Shown: piece by piece, positions 1 through 11,499 of the stretch
Layout of the letters: each line of letters opens with the position of its first letter
How positions within the stretch are numbered: position 1 is the first letter of the stretch
Source: Octopus vulgaris
Taxonomy: Eukaryota
Assembly (NCBI GenBank): GCA_951406725.2
Contig: OX597819.1
Span: forward strand, 16,988,001 to 17,052,000
Reading direction: 5' to 3'
Length of the DNA: 64,000 nt
Notes under the pieces: model-generated
What the model saw: only the letters and a program-made list of their open reading frames with translations
What the model was told of the DNA's origin: nothing
The model's database searches: none
Position numbers and translations under genes: made by a program

Positions 1-170
1 TTTAATTTAATGTATGTTAAATTGGGATGAAAAAAGTTGTTAAAATCGTCTTTTTAAGTATCAACAAAAGGGGTTAGATTAAAGGCTTTATGATGCTCCA
101 ATTCATGTTTTTTGCCATTCAAATCAAACAATAAGTAACATATGTTTATTTTTCATTTTATTTTGTATAG

Positions 171-397
171 GGTACTAGTTTTCTCAGATGAAGAGGATGT
201 TGATGATGATTCTGAGTGTCAATGGCGGACGCTTCCAAAGCCACTTCCTGTCGTTCAGTTTCCAAGAGAGAGCATCTCAACTCCACTTGTCTTCTCTAGA
301 GTCAAGTAGGTATCCACAACCAACTGACATTCACAATACGCCAAAAAAGTGCAAATGTAGCTCCTCCCAACTTCTCGGGAAAATCTGAACAGTTTTG
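171..397 (+). pseudogene. Possible decayed exon, perhaps from a transposon-borne gene
   Basis: Polypyrimidine tract plus AG ending at 170 and GTAAGT donor at 398. One frame reads VLVFSDEEDVDDDSECQWRTLPKPLPVVQFPRES but stops at 307-309, so a frameshift would be needed. No recognisable homology. Confidence 0.25.
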
Positions 398-779
398 GTA
401 AGTCAATATTATATCATTGGTATACTTTAGGGTATGTGGAAGGTGGTTTCAAATTTATTTATAAACAGAAAAATAAAACATTCTGTGTTTGAAAACAGCT
501 CTTGGGGTCATTCCATGGAGAGCCATGTTTGAAATGTATGCTTTCACCCTGACACATAATTACAGTGCTTAAGAAATAACTGGTAGGTGAATGAGGGTAG
601 AGTCAAAAGAAAAAAATCACATTTTCAAGAATGTTATCAATTTAACCTATCTTGTTTCAAAAGGATTACTTAAAAACAATAAATTGTATAACTCATCCAA
701 GTTTTACCTTCATACAGCCACAAGGTCTCCACGTCGGAGGGTTTTCTTTTTTTGGTGAAGAAGTACAAAAACTTGGCTT

Positions 780-1640
780 ACTGTTATTTTCTTTTTACCA
801 TAGGTTTTGTTGGAGCTCCTGAGTTTTGCATGCGTAGCGAGCTTACTACATGCAGCCTTCATTCTTTTCAGCTATCTAATACTTTCCTGATAATTCTGCC
901 CGTGCCAAGGCGGCAAACCTTATGTAACACATCTACTGGGCATTCTGTTCCAATTCCCTTGTTATTCCTCGTAATGCCTTCTGATACAATTCCCACAGAC
1001 CCAACATTTTACCTCCATTTTCCATAGCTGGGCTATTTCGTACATAAGAGGGTTGTATTTATTTACTTTTTTGCCTTCCTTCTTGACTATTCATGAGTCA
1101 AAGGGGCATGCAACGTCAACTATATAGCATATTTGGTGCACTTTGTCCACCATCACTTGGTCCAGTCTGTTATGCTCTAGCACCTGATCTGTTTGGATTG
1201 GGAAATCCCAGAAGATTTTGCTAGACTCCGACTGTCACTCTCTGCGGTCTTTACTCATACCACGTCTTGCCTCTTTCTAGTTCCCACTTTTCGCAGTTTT
1301 CAATGTAGCACTTTCGCTACATGATCGTATCGTGACAACTTGTAGTGGTTTGGGGCAAGTCTAGGGCGTTCTTTCGTGATATGGACAATGATTTCATCCA
1401 CTCTATTACAGATGCGACACAGCGGAGACTCTTGTTCATTCCTAAGGTTGAACTTCCAGTTCGTGGCCAAAGCTTGGTCTTGCGCTGCCAGTATAGTACT
1501 CTCGGTCTCTTTTTTTTTAGTGTTCCTTTCTTCAGCTAATCCCGCCTATTTTGTCCAGCAACTTCTGTTGTGGCTGCATGGACTTGATTGTGTAGTCCCT
1601 TCTTGCGTAATTCTTCATGTCCTTATATTCAGAGTTGTAT
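780..1640 (-). mobile_element. 3' fragment of R4/Dong-clade (RLE) non-LTR retrotransposon, degenerate
   Basis: Minus-strand translation across stops and frameshifts gives LKKGTLKKETESTILAAQDQALATN, SPLCRICN (CCHC knuckle region), KILWDFPIQTDQVLEHN..VDVACPFD (restriction-like endonuclease) and VLHKVCRLGTGRIIRKVLDS*. Confidence 0.85.
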
Positions 1641-2212
1641 AAAGATATTAATGCGTCTAACCTGGTATCCCCCTCGAAGCAAAGTCACTGTTCAAAATTA
1701 CAGTTCACAAGAAATGAACAAACCATCAGCGCCACAGTAATTTTTGGACGCATTTTCACACACTCTGTATGTTTGCATATCGTGGTCGGTTCGGCTTAGC
1801 AGTAGAGTGTTGTTTCGGAAATGTATAGATTGATGGTGTACTTGAATGGTAACGAAAACAGTATCTTGACTTGTGACCACTGTGAAGAGTTCTTGAGAAT
1901 GTCCTGCATAGTACAAGGCAAAAGAATACAAATAATTAAACGAACAGTAATGATGAGAAAAAAACATTATTTTAATGAATCATTTTGGTAAAAATCACAG
2001 GGAGCAGAACCGCAGAATTACAATAATTAAATAACCAAGAGAGCTATGAGTGAATCTTATCAGTACAGTGGCAGCATTCTTCGATCTTATTAGACCTCGT
2101 CAGTCAAATATATTTTACCCGTCACTTCTAGATCTGAGAATGATAGGAGACAAAATCAGTGTCTTATTAATGAACCCTTAGAGGTGTACTGACGTAAAAG
2201 TTTGGTGTAAGG

Positions 2213-2431
2213 CAGTACTTTTCAAACATTTTGCTGGAGCGGAACCCCAAGAAAACATTTCACTGGCTCGAGGAACCCCTGTGCAATAATTTAATTGTCT
2301 TATGCACACATATCTGCACAGGAGAATTAAAAATTACTGTCGATTTTAGCATTTTTGTAACTTCCTGCGGAACTCCTGGACTGTACTGGCGGATCCCTAA
2401 GGTTCTGCGGAACCCTGGTTGAAAACCACTG
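2213..2431. mobile_element. hAT-superfamily MITE
   Basis: Imperfect TIRs CAGTACTTTTCAA / TTGAAAACCACTG and a perfect 8-bp TSD GTGTAAGG (2205-2212, 2432-2439). Confidence 0.85.
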
Positions 2432-3106
2432 GTGTAAGGTATGCCTCCTACATACACAAATATTCATCCACATAAGCACATACACACACATACATATATA
2501 CGTGTGTGTGTATATATATATGTATATGTGTGTGTTTATATATATGTGTGTGTGTATATATATATATGCACACATACAACACACACATATACATGCATAT
2601 ACATATAAATGTACATATATTTATACACATGTGTGTATAAACACACAGGTATATACATATATATGCGTAAAATTATATAACAGTGTGCATATATTATATA
2701 ATCCAGGTATTATCTATAGGTGAGTGTATATTAAATGTTACTCTGTGGAGTTTGTATTCGTCGATAGTGTGTGTGTGTGTGTCTGTGTTTGTGTATGTGT
2801 GTGTGTGTGCGTGTGTCTGTGTTTGTGTGTGCGTGTGTGTGTATGTGTGTGTGTGTGTGTGTTTGTAGATAGCTATGTAACAGAACATATATCTGACATG
2901 GTAAACATAGAAAAGCTTTCACTGAGGAACTCAGATTAAGTTGTCATATTTACTGGAGAATTGTATCAGTTTCATTTCCGCTTCATATCATCAAAGACTA
3001 TACACACACACACACACATACATACATATATAAACACATACACACATATACGCGAATATACGCTAAAAAAGTATATTTATTAAATATACATATGCTCGCG
3101 CGGGCG

Positions 3107-3232
<126 letters not shown>

Positions 3233-4143
3233 ATTCCCACGAAAGCAAAGCCGGGGTTGCACACACACACATACGCACACACATGCACACACACTCGCTC
3301 ACACGCACACGCATGCACACACGGACACACACACACGCACACGCTCATACACACACGCACACTCACAGAGACTAAATTTTTCGAGACACCCTTGTATATA
3401 TATTTGTATATGTGATAGAATGTATTTGTATATATCTGTGAATGTGTGTATGCACATAAATACAAAGCAGACATATATGTGTGTATATATATATTTATAC
3501 ATACATACTTACACATATACATACATATGCGTGAGTCTCTGTGCATATATATATAAATATATATATATATATACATGTATTTGCTAACATACATATATCT
3601 ATAAATATTCTTAGACATATTATGTATGTATATTATGTATCCACATTTTTGTATACTCATGCATACATCCATAGTTACATACATTTCTGTTTACCTGGAC
3701 ATAAGCATATATAAACGTTTGCATACACACACGCACTCCAGCCCCTCCCACTCTACTCACATAAGCACACACGCACGCGCGCACACATACACTTACACAC
3801 ATACATACATGTGCGCGCGCGCACATTTTCATGCATATACACAAACCTTTGAAAAATATTTTCTTCCTGGTAATGGCTAACCTGAAAGATATGAGGATGC
3901 TTAAGGCATCCACCCGTATCTATCTTAGATTTAAGACGGCGTGCTTTCATCTGATTCCTTGCCGTCTGAGGAAGTAGAGCGTGCTTATTTTGTTTTTTAC
4001 CTTGGATATAATCATTTCAACGTGAATACTAGCTAATTCAAGTGGCTGATACGACTAATAGATAGATATAAAATGGACACAGGAAAAATGGATAAACGTA
4101 TATCGATGTATGCACATACATCGCACGTGTGCACACACACACA

Positions 4144-4224
<81 letters not shown>

Positions 4225-4337
4225 GTGTGTATATATTTATGTATTAATATACAATGCACACTATACATATATTTATATTCATACATATATACATATATAC
4301 ATACATACACGTATATACATATATACATACATACACG

Positions 4338-4369
<32 letters not shown>

Positions 4370-4799
4370 GACCCAGAGGAGGACACACAGAAATGCACAT
4401 GAAAAAATGCCACCACCACCACTACCACCAACATCAACAACAACAACAACATCAACAGAACTTATAAGTGCTAGCAAGAAGGTAAGAAAATATCGTACTC
4501 AGCATCAAAAATAGAGTTATACACTAGACTTCATTGGAAGCTGAATTCTTTTAGAAATCGTTACTCGAAGTCTTTTTGTTCCGATCTTTGGACAATTCCG
4601 AAACAAGTAGAAGATATTGAAGAAAATTAAATGTAGCTGTATAAAACGAACGAGAATGAAAGCGAATATCAACTGAGTGTATATGTGTGTTGTGTGTGTG
4701 TTTGTGTGTGCCCGTTCGTGTGTGTTTCTGTCTAGCCTAAATGTGGGTTAATAAAAATCTAAACATTTCTTCCATTCTATATAAGTGCAGAAAGAATGT

Positions 4800-4955
4800 A
4801 TATCATGTGCATGCTGAAGCTTCTTCCGCCAAAAAATACCCGCAGAAATGCCACTTCCAGGACATCAAGGTTTCTATTGAGGTCAGGGATCGAAATATTG
4901 GGAAGCTTAGAATAAAAGAAGCTATCATCAATAGTGAGACCAAACCAAGTATTAT
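4800..4955 (+). mobile_element. Penelope-like element fragment, C-terminal end of the GIY-YIG endonuclease region
   Basis: Translation DIKVSIEVRDRNIGKLRIKEAIINSETKPSI matches the LxIKEAxxIxxxKPxIN terminal motif typical of PLE ORFs. Confidence 0.55.
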
Positions 4956-5338
4956 CAAGATAGCGACGTACGCACACACACACATACACGCGAGAGCGCG
5001 TGCACCCAAACCCACACTGAGAAACACACACACAAACACATACAAACACACATCACACACACGCACACACAAACGCATACAAACACACGTACACAGTTGA
5101 TTAGCTATTATAGCAATGCTATCCTGCAAAGCAACCATCCGTATACACACAGAGCCTAAAGCGAAAACGCTAGCTGCAACTCCAGATCTCAGAAGAGTTC
5201 ATCCCCACCCCCAAATATCGAAACAAGATGAGAGTACGAACCATTGACGAACCATTTCTTATAAATGGCATTGTTTTGGTCTTTGAAAAAGAAAATTAAA
5301 AACGTTATATATATATATGTATATATATATATGTATAT

Positions 5339-5429
<91 letters not shown>

Positions 5430-5455
5430 TAAATACATACATATATATATATATG

Positions 5456-5501
<46 letters not shown>

Positions 5502-5532
5502 TGCATACATATATACATATATACACATGCAT

Positions 5533-5827
5533 ATATGGGCACAGGACCTAAACAGCGTGAATAACATGAAAAACGAGAACAGGAAAAAAAACATGGAAAA
5601 CGAAAGAAACAAATAGAGAAACGCGACAGGTGACATAAAGAACAATCCCTTCATCAGTTGTCCTCTGTTTTATCTACTCCGCGTTTCGAACGCTTGGGAC
5701 AAGACGCGTCTTCGTTAAAACATTCGTTCCTGCAAAGCAAATTAAATAGAATTTGAGATTTTTTGCAGAGGGTTAAAGTGATAAACAAAAACAAGACAGT
5801 AAGAACAAACCAGTATGTACCAAAACA

Positions 5828-5830
<3 letters not shown>
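5533..5830 (-). mobile_element. Short (TA)n-embedded element, family A copy 1 (probable PLE pseudo-LTR derivative)
   Basis: Homologous to 7350-7810 and 29457-29920, flanked by (TA)n on both sides, and contains the permuted hammerhead. Confidence 0.65.
5647..5722 (-). ncRNA. Putative non-circularly permuted hammerhead ribozyme with k-turn (intact copy)
   Basis: Minus RNA: UGUUUUA AC GAA GA CGCG UC^UUGUCC CAAGCG UUC GAAA CGCG GA GU AGA UAAAACA GA GGACAA CUGAUGA A GGG. Perfect stem I (UUGUCC/GGACAA) and stem III (CGCGU/ACGCG), 3-bp stem II, intact CUGAUGA, GAAA and GUC. Confidence 0.7.
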
Positions 5831-5899
<69 letters not shown>

Positions 5900-5901
<2 letters not shown>

Positions 5902-6085
5902 CAACGCCCCAACTACAACGAAGCGAAAGAAGACATCGCGGAATTCTGTAGAAAATGACGACAAATACAACGAGGACGAATCATTAGTCCGAAATAGAAG
6001 TAACTACACCCTCTCAAAAGGTAAGAACAAACCTCTTGATCATTTCTGTGAATACATCTCGAATTAACCTTATCAACATACTAAA
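5900..6085 (+). mobile_element. Penelope-like (Neptune-type) ORF N-terminal fragment
   Basis: Frameshifted translation KEDIAEFCRK..YNEDESLVRNRSNYTLSKGKNKPLDHFCEYI resembles the region upstream of the RT in PLE ORFs (recalled motif). Confidence 0.55.
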
Positions 6086-6127
6086 ATGTTTTTCATGACA
6101 AAATTATTGTAGCATTTTCTACCTTGA

Positions 6128-6199
<72 letters not shown>

Positions 6200-6200
<1 letters not shown>

Positions 6201-6674
6201 TAGCAGTATCGCCCGGCGTTGCTCGGGTTTGTAAGGGAAATAACTATATAAGCATTTTTAGAGAGTTTTATAGATGCCAATTCGGGCTTTCTTAGCCATT
6301 TCTGTTTTGGTTTCTTCAAGCCATGAAGTCGTTGTTCTAAAAGAACGCTGGTCTCCTTGACAACGCTGTACGACGTTGATTTCTTTACACTCCCTTCCCC
6401 ACAGCTTCACGAGGGAGGGTAGGGGGAGAAGCAAACAGGTGCAGCTGTGAGCGTGGACGCCAACTCCGCCGCCATCGACACACGAAAAATTATGCATTAA
6501 AATGGAATAAAAAATGATGTTAAATTATTTTTAAAATCGTAGACTCATCGTTGACACGCGCTAATAGCCAGACGGGCTCGATATGAATCACGACTATAAG
6601 ATACCCGAATTTGGTTAAACTGCACCGCAAAATGTGGGAGGAGTTAGGAATCTAAATCGAAGGGGACAGACACT

Positions 6675-6685
<11 letters not shown>
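6200..6685 (-). mobile_element. Non-autonomous Helitron-type element
   Basis: Minus-strand 3' end CCCGAGCAACGCCGGG-CGATACTG-CTAG (subterminal hairpin plus CTAG), identical to the 3' end at 62256-62283. The 5' end merges into (TA)n. Confidence 0.75.
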
Positions 6686-6730
<45 letters not shown>

Positions 6731-6736
<6 letters not shown>

Positions 6737-6925
6737 TAATCCAAACGGGAAAACAGAAAAAACAACAATACAAGGAGGTGGAACAATTAAAGTATTATTA
6801 TTAGGCGCTCAGGAAAAAGGGAAGAAGGAGGGTATGACGTTTCGAGCGGAGCTCTTCGTCGGAAACAAAAGAGAAAGAAAGATCCCGAGGTGGGCGAACG
6901 GAGGGAAAAAACGCGACTGGTTATT
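6731..6925 (-). mobile_element. Short (TA)n-abutting element, family B copy 1, with minimal type I hammerhead motif at 6832-6866
   Basis: Homologous to 18853-19055. Minus RNA GUUU CCGACGA A GAGC UCC GCUC GAAA CG UC^AUAC. Confidence 0.65.
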
Positions 6926-7211
6926 ACGAAGTAAACATGCTGAAAGGCCGGAAGTTTTGGACAACAGGGGCTGGTTTTTAAAGACAGAAGAGCGGAAAAA
7001 GGAAGGTTGGTAACAACTCGATGAATGGGAAGAATAATGTGTATGTGTGAGTGTGTACGTGTGCGTGTGTGTATGTGTGTGTAAGGCGAGATAAAAAAAT
7101 ATGTATATGTTAGTGCGTGCGTCTGTGTGTAAGTGTGTGTACGTAGAGCGAAAGGTAGTCGACATAGCAGTCGCCAGGTCAGTGGTCAGTGGTAAACGGA
7201 GGAAGGAGGGA

Positions 7212-7283
<72 letters not shown>

Positions 7284-7349
7284 ATATAATATATGCATAT
7301 ACACACATACATGTACATACCTACATATATATGTATATATACATGCATA

Positions 7350-7810
7350 TATGGTTACTAGACGTCAAAAAACGTGAACAAAATGAGAAACGAGAACATA
7401 AGAAAAACAAAAGCATGGAAAATGAACTTTTTTTCGAACAACGAAAGAAACAAATAGAGAAATGATACAGACAACATAAAGAACATTCCCTTCATCAGTT
7501 GACCCCTGTTTCATCTACTCCGCGTTTGGAAGGTAGGGACAAGACGCGACTTTGTTGAAACAGTCCTTCCCGCAAAGCAAATTAAATAAAATTTGGGATT
7601 TTTTGCGGAGAGTTAAAGTGGCAACAAGAACAGGACAGTAAGAACAAAACAGTAAAAACTAACGGTGAGGGCTGTTAGGCCATAACGAGGTGAAGTGGTG
7701 AACGCTGGAAAACGAGCTTTGCAAAGAGACAGGCAAAAACACGTCTTGTCTTTAAGAACGAAGTGGAAGAAAGAAAGATAGATGGCCGTTGGTCACGTTT
7801 GAGCAATGAG
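7350..7810 (-). mobile_element. Family A copy 2, with degenerate permuted hammerhead at 7488-7563
   Basis: Clear alignment to 5533-5830 and the 3' end abuts a TA-rich tract. Confidence 0.65.
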
Positions 7811-8089
7811 AGAGTGAAGAAGGAAGAGTGAGAGAGAGGGGACGGTAGAGGGGAGAGGAGAAGAATTAGAGAAAGAGTAGGAGAGAAAAAGAGAAAGGAA
7901 GTAGAACAAGAGGGTGAGATAGAATACAGATAGGTTGTAGAGTGCGCATCAAAAATATTAAGATAAATCTTATTTGGAAATGGTTGTGTAATCAGCTAAT
8001 GGCTCAAACTTCCAATTCAAATTCATAATAGTAAAATTGGATGGCAACAGAGTCATGGGAACCTGCGAAAGCAGCGAAAAAAAACTTCG

Positions 8090-8990
8090 TGTACTTTGTG
8101 CAAAACTCAAGCAAATGTTTTACGTTGTCTTTTATGCTTCAAATCCCGTGCACCTGAAGCAGCTTGGCCAGGAATCGAAGTTCTGTAGAATAGAGGATTG
8201 GTGCATAGACACTGGTAAGGTCGACAGGCCCATAATATATATGGAATGGAAGTGAGAAAATCCACTCGCTTACTCTGTCGTCTTTCGTATGCTGCTGATC
8301 TTCAGGAAATTATATGACAGTTCGATGGTCATGGCCTGTACATTTCAGCATTCTAGTGTTATTGTTGGCTTCTTTTGTTTTTTTTCTGTGCCTAGTGCAG
8401 TATTTGCCATCAGCAATTCAAGCTACTTGTTTCCCCAAGCCCCACACTCAGTGAATCAGGCTAACTCTGGCAGGACAAGACCTAATTGACCAGAGTATGC
8501 CCGACTTAAGGTGCACGGTAGTTGATCAGTGAGATCCGGTCACCTCTTCCTTTGTCAAAAAGTACCCTGGAGCCTACCTTCACGACAATTGTAGTGTAGG
8601 TTTTTTACTGGTAGACAGCTGCCATTGGGGTGAGGAATTCTGTACTCTGCTTTTGTCAATTTGATATGGGAGACCAACAGTCGGCCACACAGCAGATGAC
8701 CACTCTTCATACCAACCATGTTGTTCAAGGGACAGTCAATGAACAATACAGCTTGGCACCAGTGTTGTTGTAGAGTTTGAAAGAACAGTGTTGAAAACAA
8801 CGTCGGACTACATTAGGGACTTCAAATCCAGACTTTTTCCTCTCGGCTTATTCCCCGAAGTTTTTCCTACGGGTAGGTATTACCTCAAGGAAGCGAAAGT
8901 TTAATATCAAAGTTTGCCTTCTCTTAGCTGATAGTACCCACCTTTGCCCCGCCTGTAAGTAAATATAGTTCCGTCAGAGGTTAAATTACA
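8090..8990 (-). mobile_element. RTE-clade LINE 5' fragment (5' UTR and decayed APE endonuclease)
   Basis: Minus translation includes NVQAMT..ISSIRKT, GPVDLTSVYAPILYS, DSWPSC and IKDNVKHLLEFCTKY, which are degenerate APE motifs. Confidence 0.65.
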
Positions 8991-9009
8991 CATGATGGTC
9001 AGGAACTGG

Positions 9010-9335
9010 AACTGGTTGTCACAGATGCTTGTTATAAGAAGCAATTCTTAGTAGTGGGAGCTTGTCCGCACACGTACTCCTCAGAATGACAACCTTGGAA
9101 ATATACATACAGGAGTATATGGATAAACTGGGATTTTCAGAAAGAGAAATCGACTGTCTAATTCGTACATTACAAGTGCAATCGTTGAGTGGAACAGCAA
9201 AAATATGCAAAACTTTTCTCAAGATCTAAATGTGAATTTGTCTGTGTTAACTACATCTCAAATATAGAGCCTTGTATCTTTGTTGGAAACCGGGTTCCTA
9301 CTCAGTGGAAGATTTATAATGATTAAAAAGTAGAA
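9010..9335 (+). mobile_element. 3' end of an RLE-type non-LTR retrotransposon
   Basis: LGFSEREIDCLIRTLQVQSLSGTAKICKTFLKI* resembles the RLE C-terminal tail. Confidence 0.45.
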
Positions 9336-9997
9336 CACACACACACACACACACACATGCAAATATCTATCTTTCTTTCAGTTTATCTAGCTCTCATTAC
9401 ACGTAGAGAAAGATATTCATAAACACACATATATACTCCACATACTCCAATGTCATCTGACTCTAGAAACCGTATTCTCGCTAGTCTTGTTTACTTTGTG
9501 CTTCTGTTGTAGCTAAAACTTGATCTCTTCTTTCTCTTTACATTGTTCTCAACCAAACATACTCGGGTCTTTCTCTTCTGGTAACATTTTACAACTTGGC
9601 TTATTATCTGGTCTTCAAGCTGTGGGCATATCACGCCACCCGACCATCACTCTCCAATTTTGTATTTCTTCATCTATGATGCAACTACTTTGTTTCTCAG
9701 TGATCATAGTTCAATTCCTATGTCAGGATGCTTTTTTCATATATTGAAATATTTCTTACTATTAACATATACAATCAACTTTTCATATAAATCGACAAGC
9801 GATGTGATTTCCACACATAGGAAAAACTTCCTGTTGCTTGATTTGGATTCTTAAAGACACATTTATACACAAGACACCTCGTTAAGAAGATATATATACA
9901 AAAATATATATTATTTACAATTCCTTATAGATATTAATTGGTATCTTTATCTGAATTGATGCGTCAATATCATCAACATATATAGACAAACGTATGC

Positions 9998-10039
<42 letters not shown>

Positions 10040-10827
10040 CTGTGTGTGTGTGTGTGTGTCTGTGTATGTATGGGCACGCACACACATACACACACAAAGA
10101 CAACTATCTGTACACGTACATATAGTGGTGAATTTACTTTCTGTTGAAACACACAAAAAAAAAAACAAACTCACGCAAACACACACGCACCCATATGTAC
10201 GCCCGCGCATGCGCGTATGTCTGCTGTGTTTCTAAACACACCTTTACTTCTATTTTTCTTAACAAGAACTACAAAACTGTTGATATACATTTTAATTCTT
10301 TAGAATTGTTACATTTTTGTTGTTGTTGTTGCTGCTGTTATTGTTGTCTTTGTTCTGTATAATAAACAAGAGCAACAACAAGCACTGCAGCAGCAGCAGC
10401 AGCAGCAACAAGTGACGACATAAAAAACGATGTTGGTGCCAGCGACGGAGACGACGATATCGCTAATGATGACTGTGTTGATGGTGTTGATGATGGTGAT
10501 GATGATGATGGTAATGTTGATGATGGCATTAATAATAGCAGCCAAAATGTTGAAGACGAAATAAGTATATATATATATATATATGTATCCATCCATCCAT
10601 CCATCCATCCATCCATCCATGCATCCATGCATCCATCCAATCCAACCATCCATACATATACATATATATTATATATTGTATTTTATTATATATTATATTA
10701 TATATATATATATACATACATATACACACATTATATACATACATATCCATATTACTCACAGACACACACGTACACACACACATATATATATATACATACA
10801 CATCTCTCTTTTCTCTTACATACATGT

Positions 10828-10872
<45 letters not shown>

Positions 10873-10873
10873 C

Positions 10874-10931
<58 letters not shown>

Positions 10932-10959
10932 ATATCTGTATATTTTCACACACACATGA

Positions 10960-10993
<34 letters not shown>

Positions 10994-11006
10994 GTGTGTG
11001 TTTGTT

Positions 11007-11039
<33 letters not shown>

Positions 11040-11324
11040 ATGTATGTGTGTCTCTGTGTGTGTAAATTTATTTATTTTATGTTTGCTAATGATTTTAGTC
11101 ACTTAAAGATTCATTAAGTAAATTTTATTCCGCAAAAATTTTAGTTTTTGTTTCACACAAAATATTTTTATTTTGAAATAAAACAATGAAATAAGGAAAA
11201 AAAATAATGTTATTAGTGATTTTCTCCTGAAAGCTTTATAGTCCGGTTTAGTGCTGCTGTTACTGATGCTGTTCTCGTTTCTGCTGTTACTATTCTTTTA
11301 TAAATTAATATTTTATCGTCTGCT

Positions 11325-11470
<146 letters not shown>

Positions 11471-11499
11471 TTATGATATGTACATTGAATTTTATATAT

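Noticed and set aside
2078-2105. Minus-strand CUGACGA GGUCU AAUA AGAUC GAAG hammerhead-like stem II
   Set aside because: GAAG instead of GAAA, and no stem I or III found. At most a decayed relic.
3880-3990. Cluster of small hairpins with GAAA and CUGAGGA
   Set aside because: Could not assemble stems I and II adjacent to the core in any strand order.
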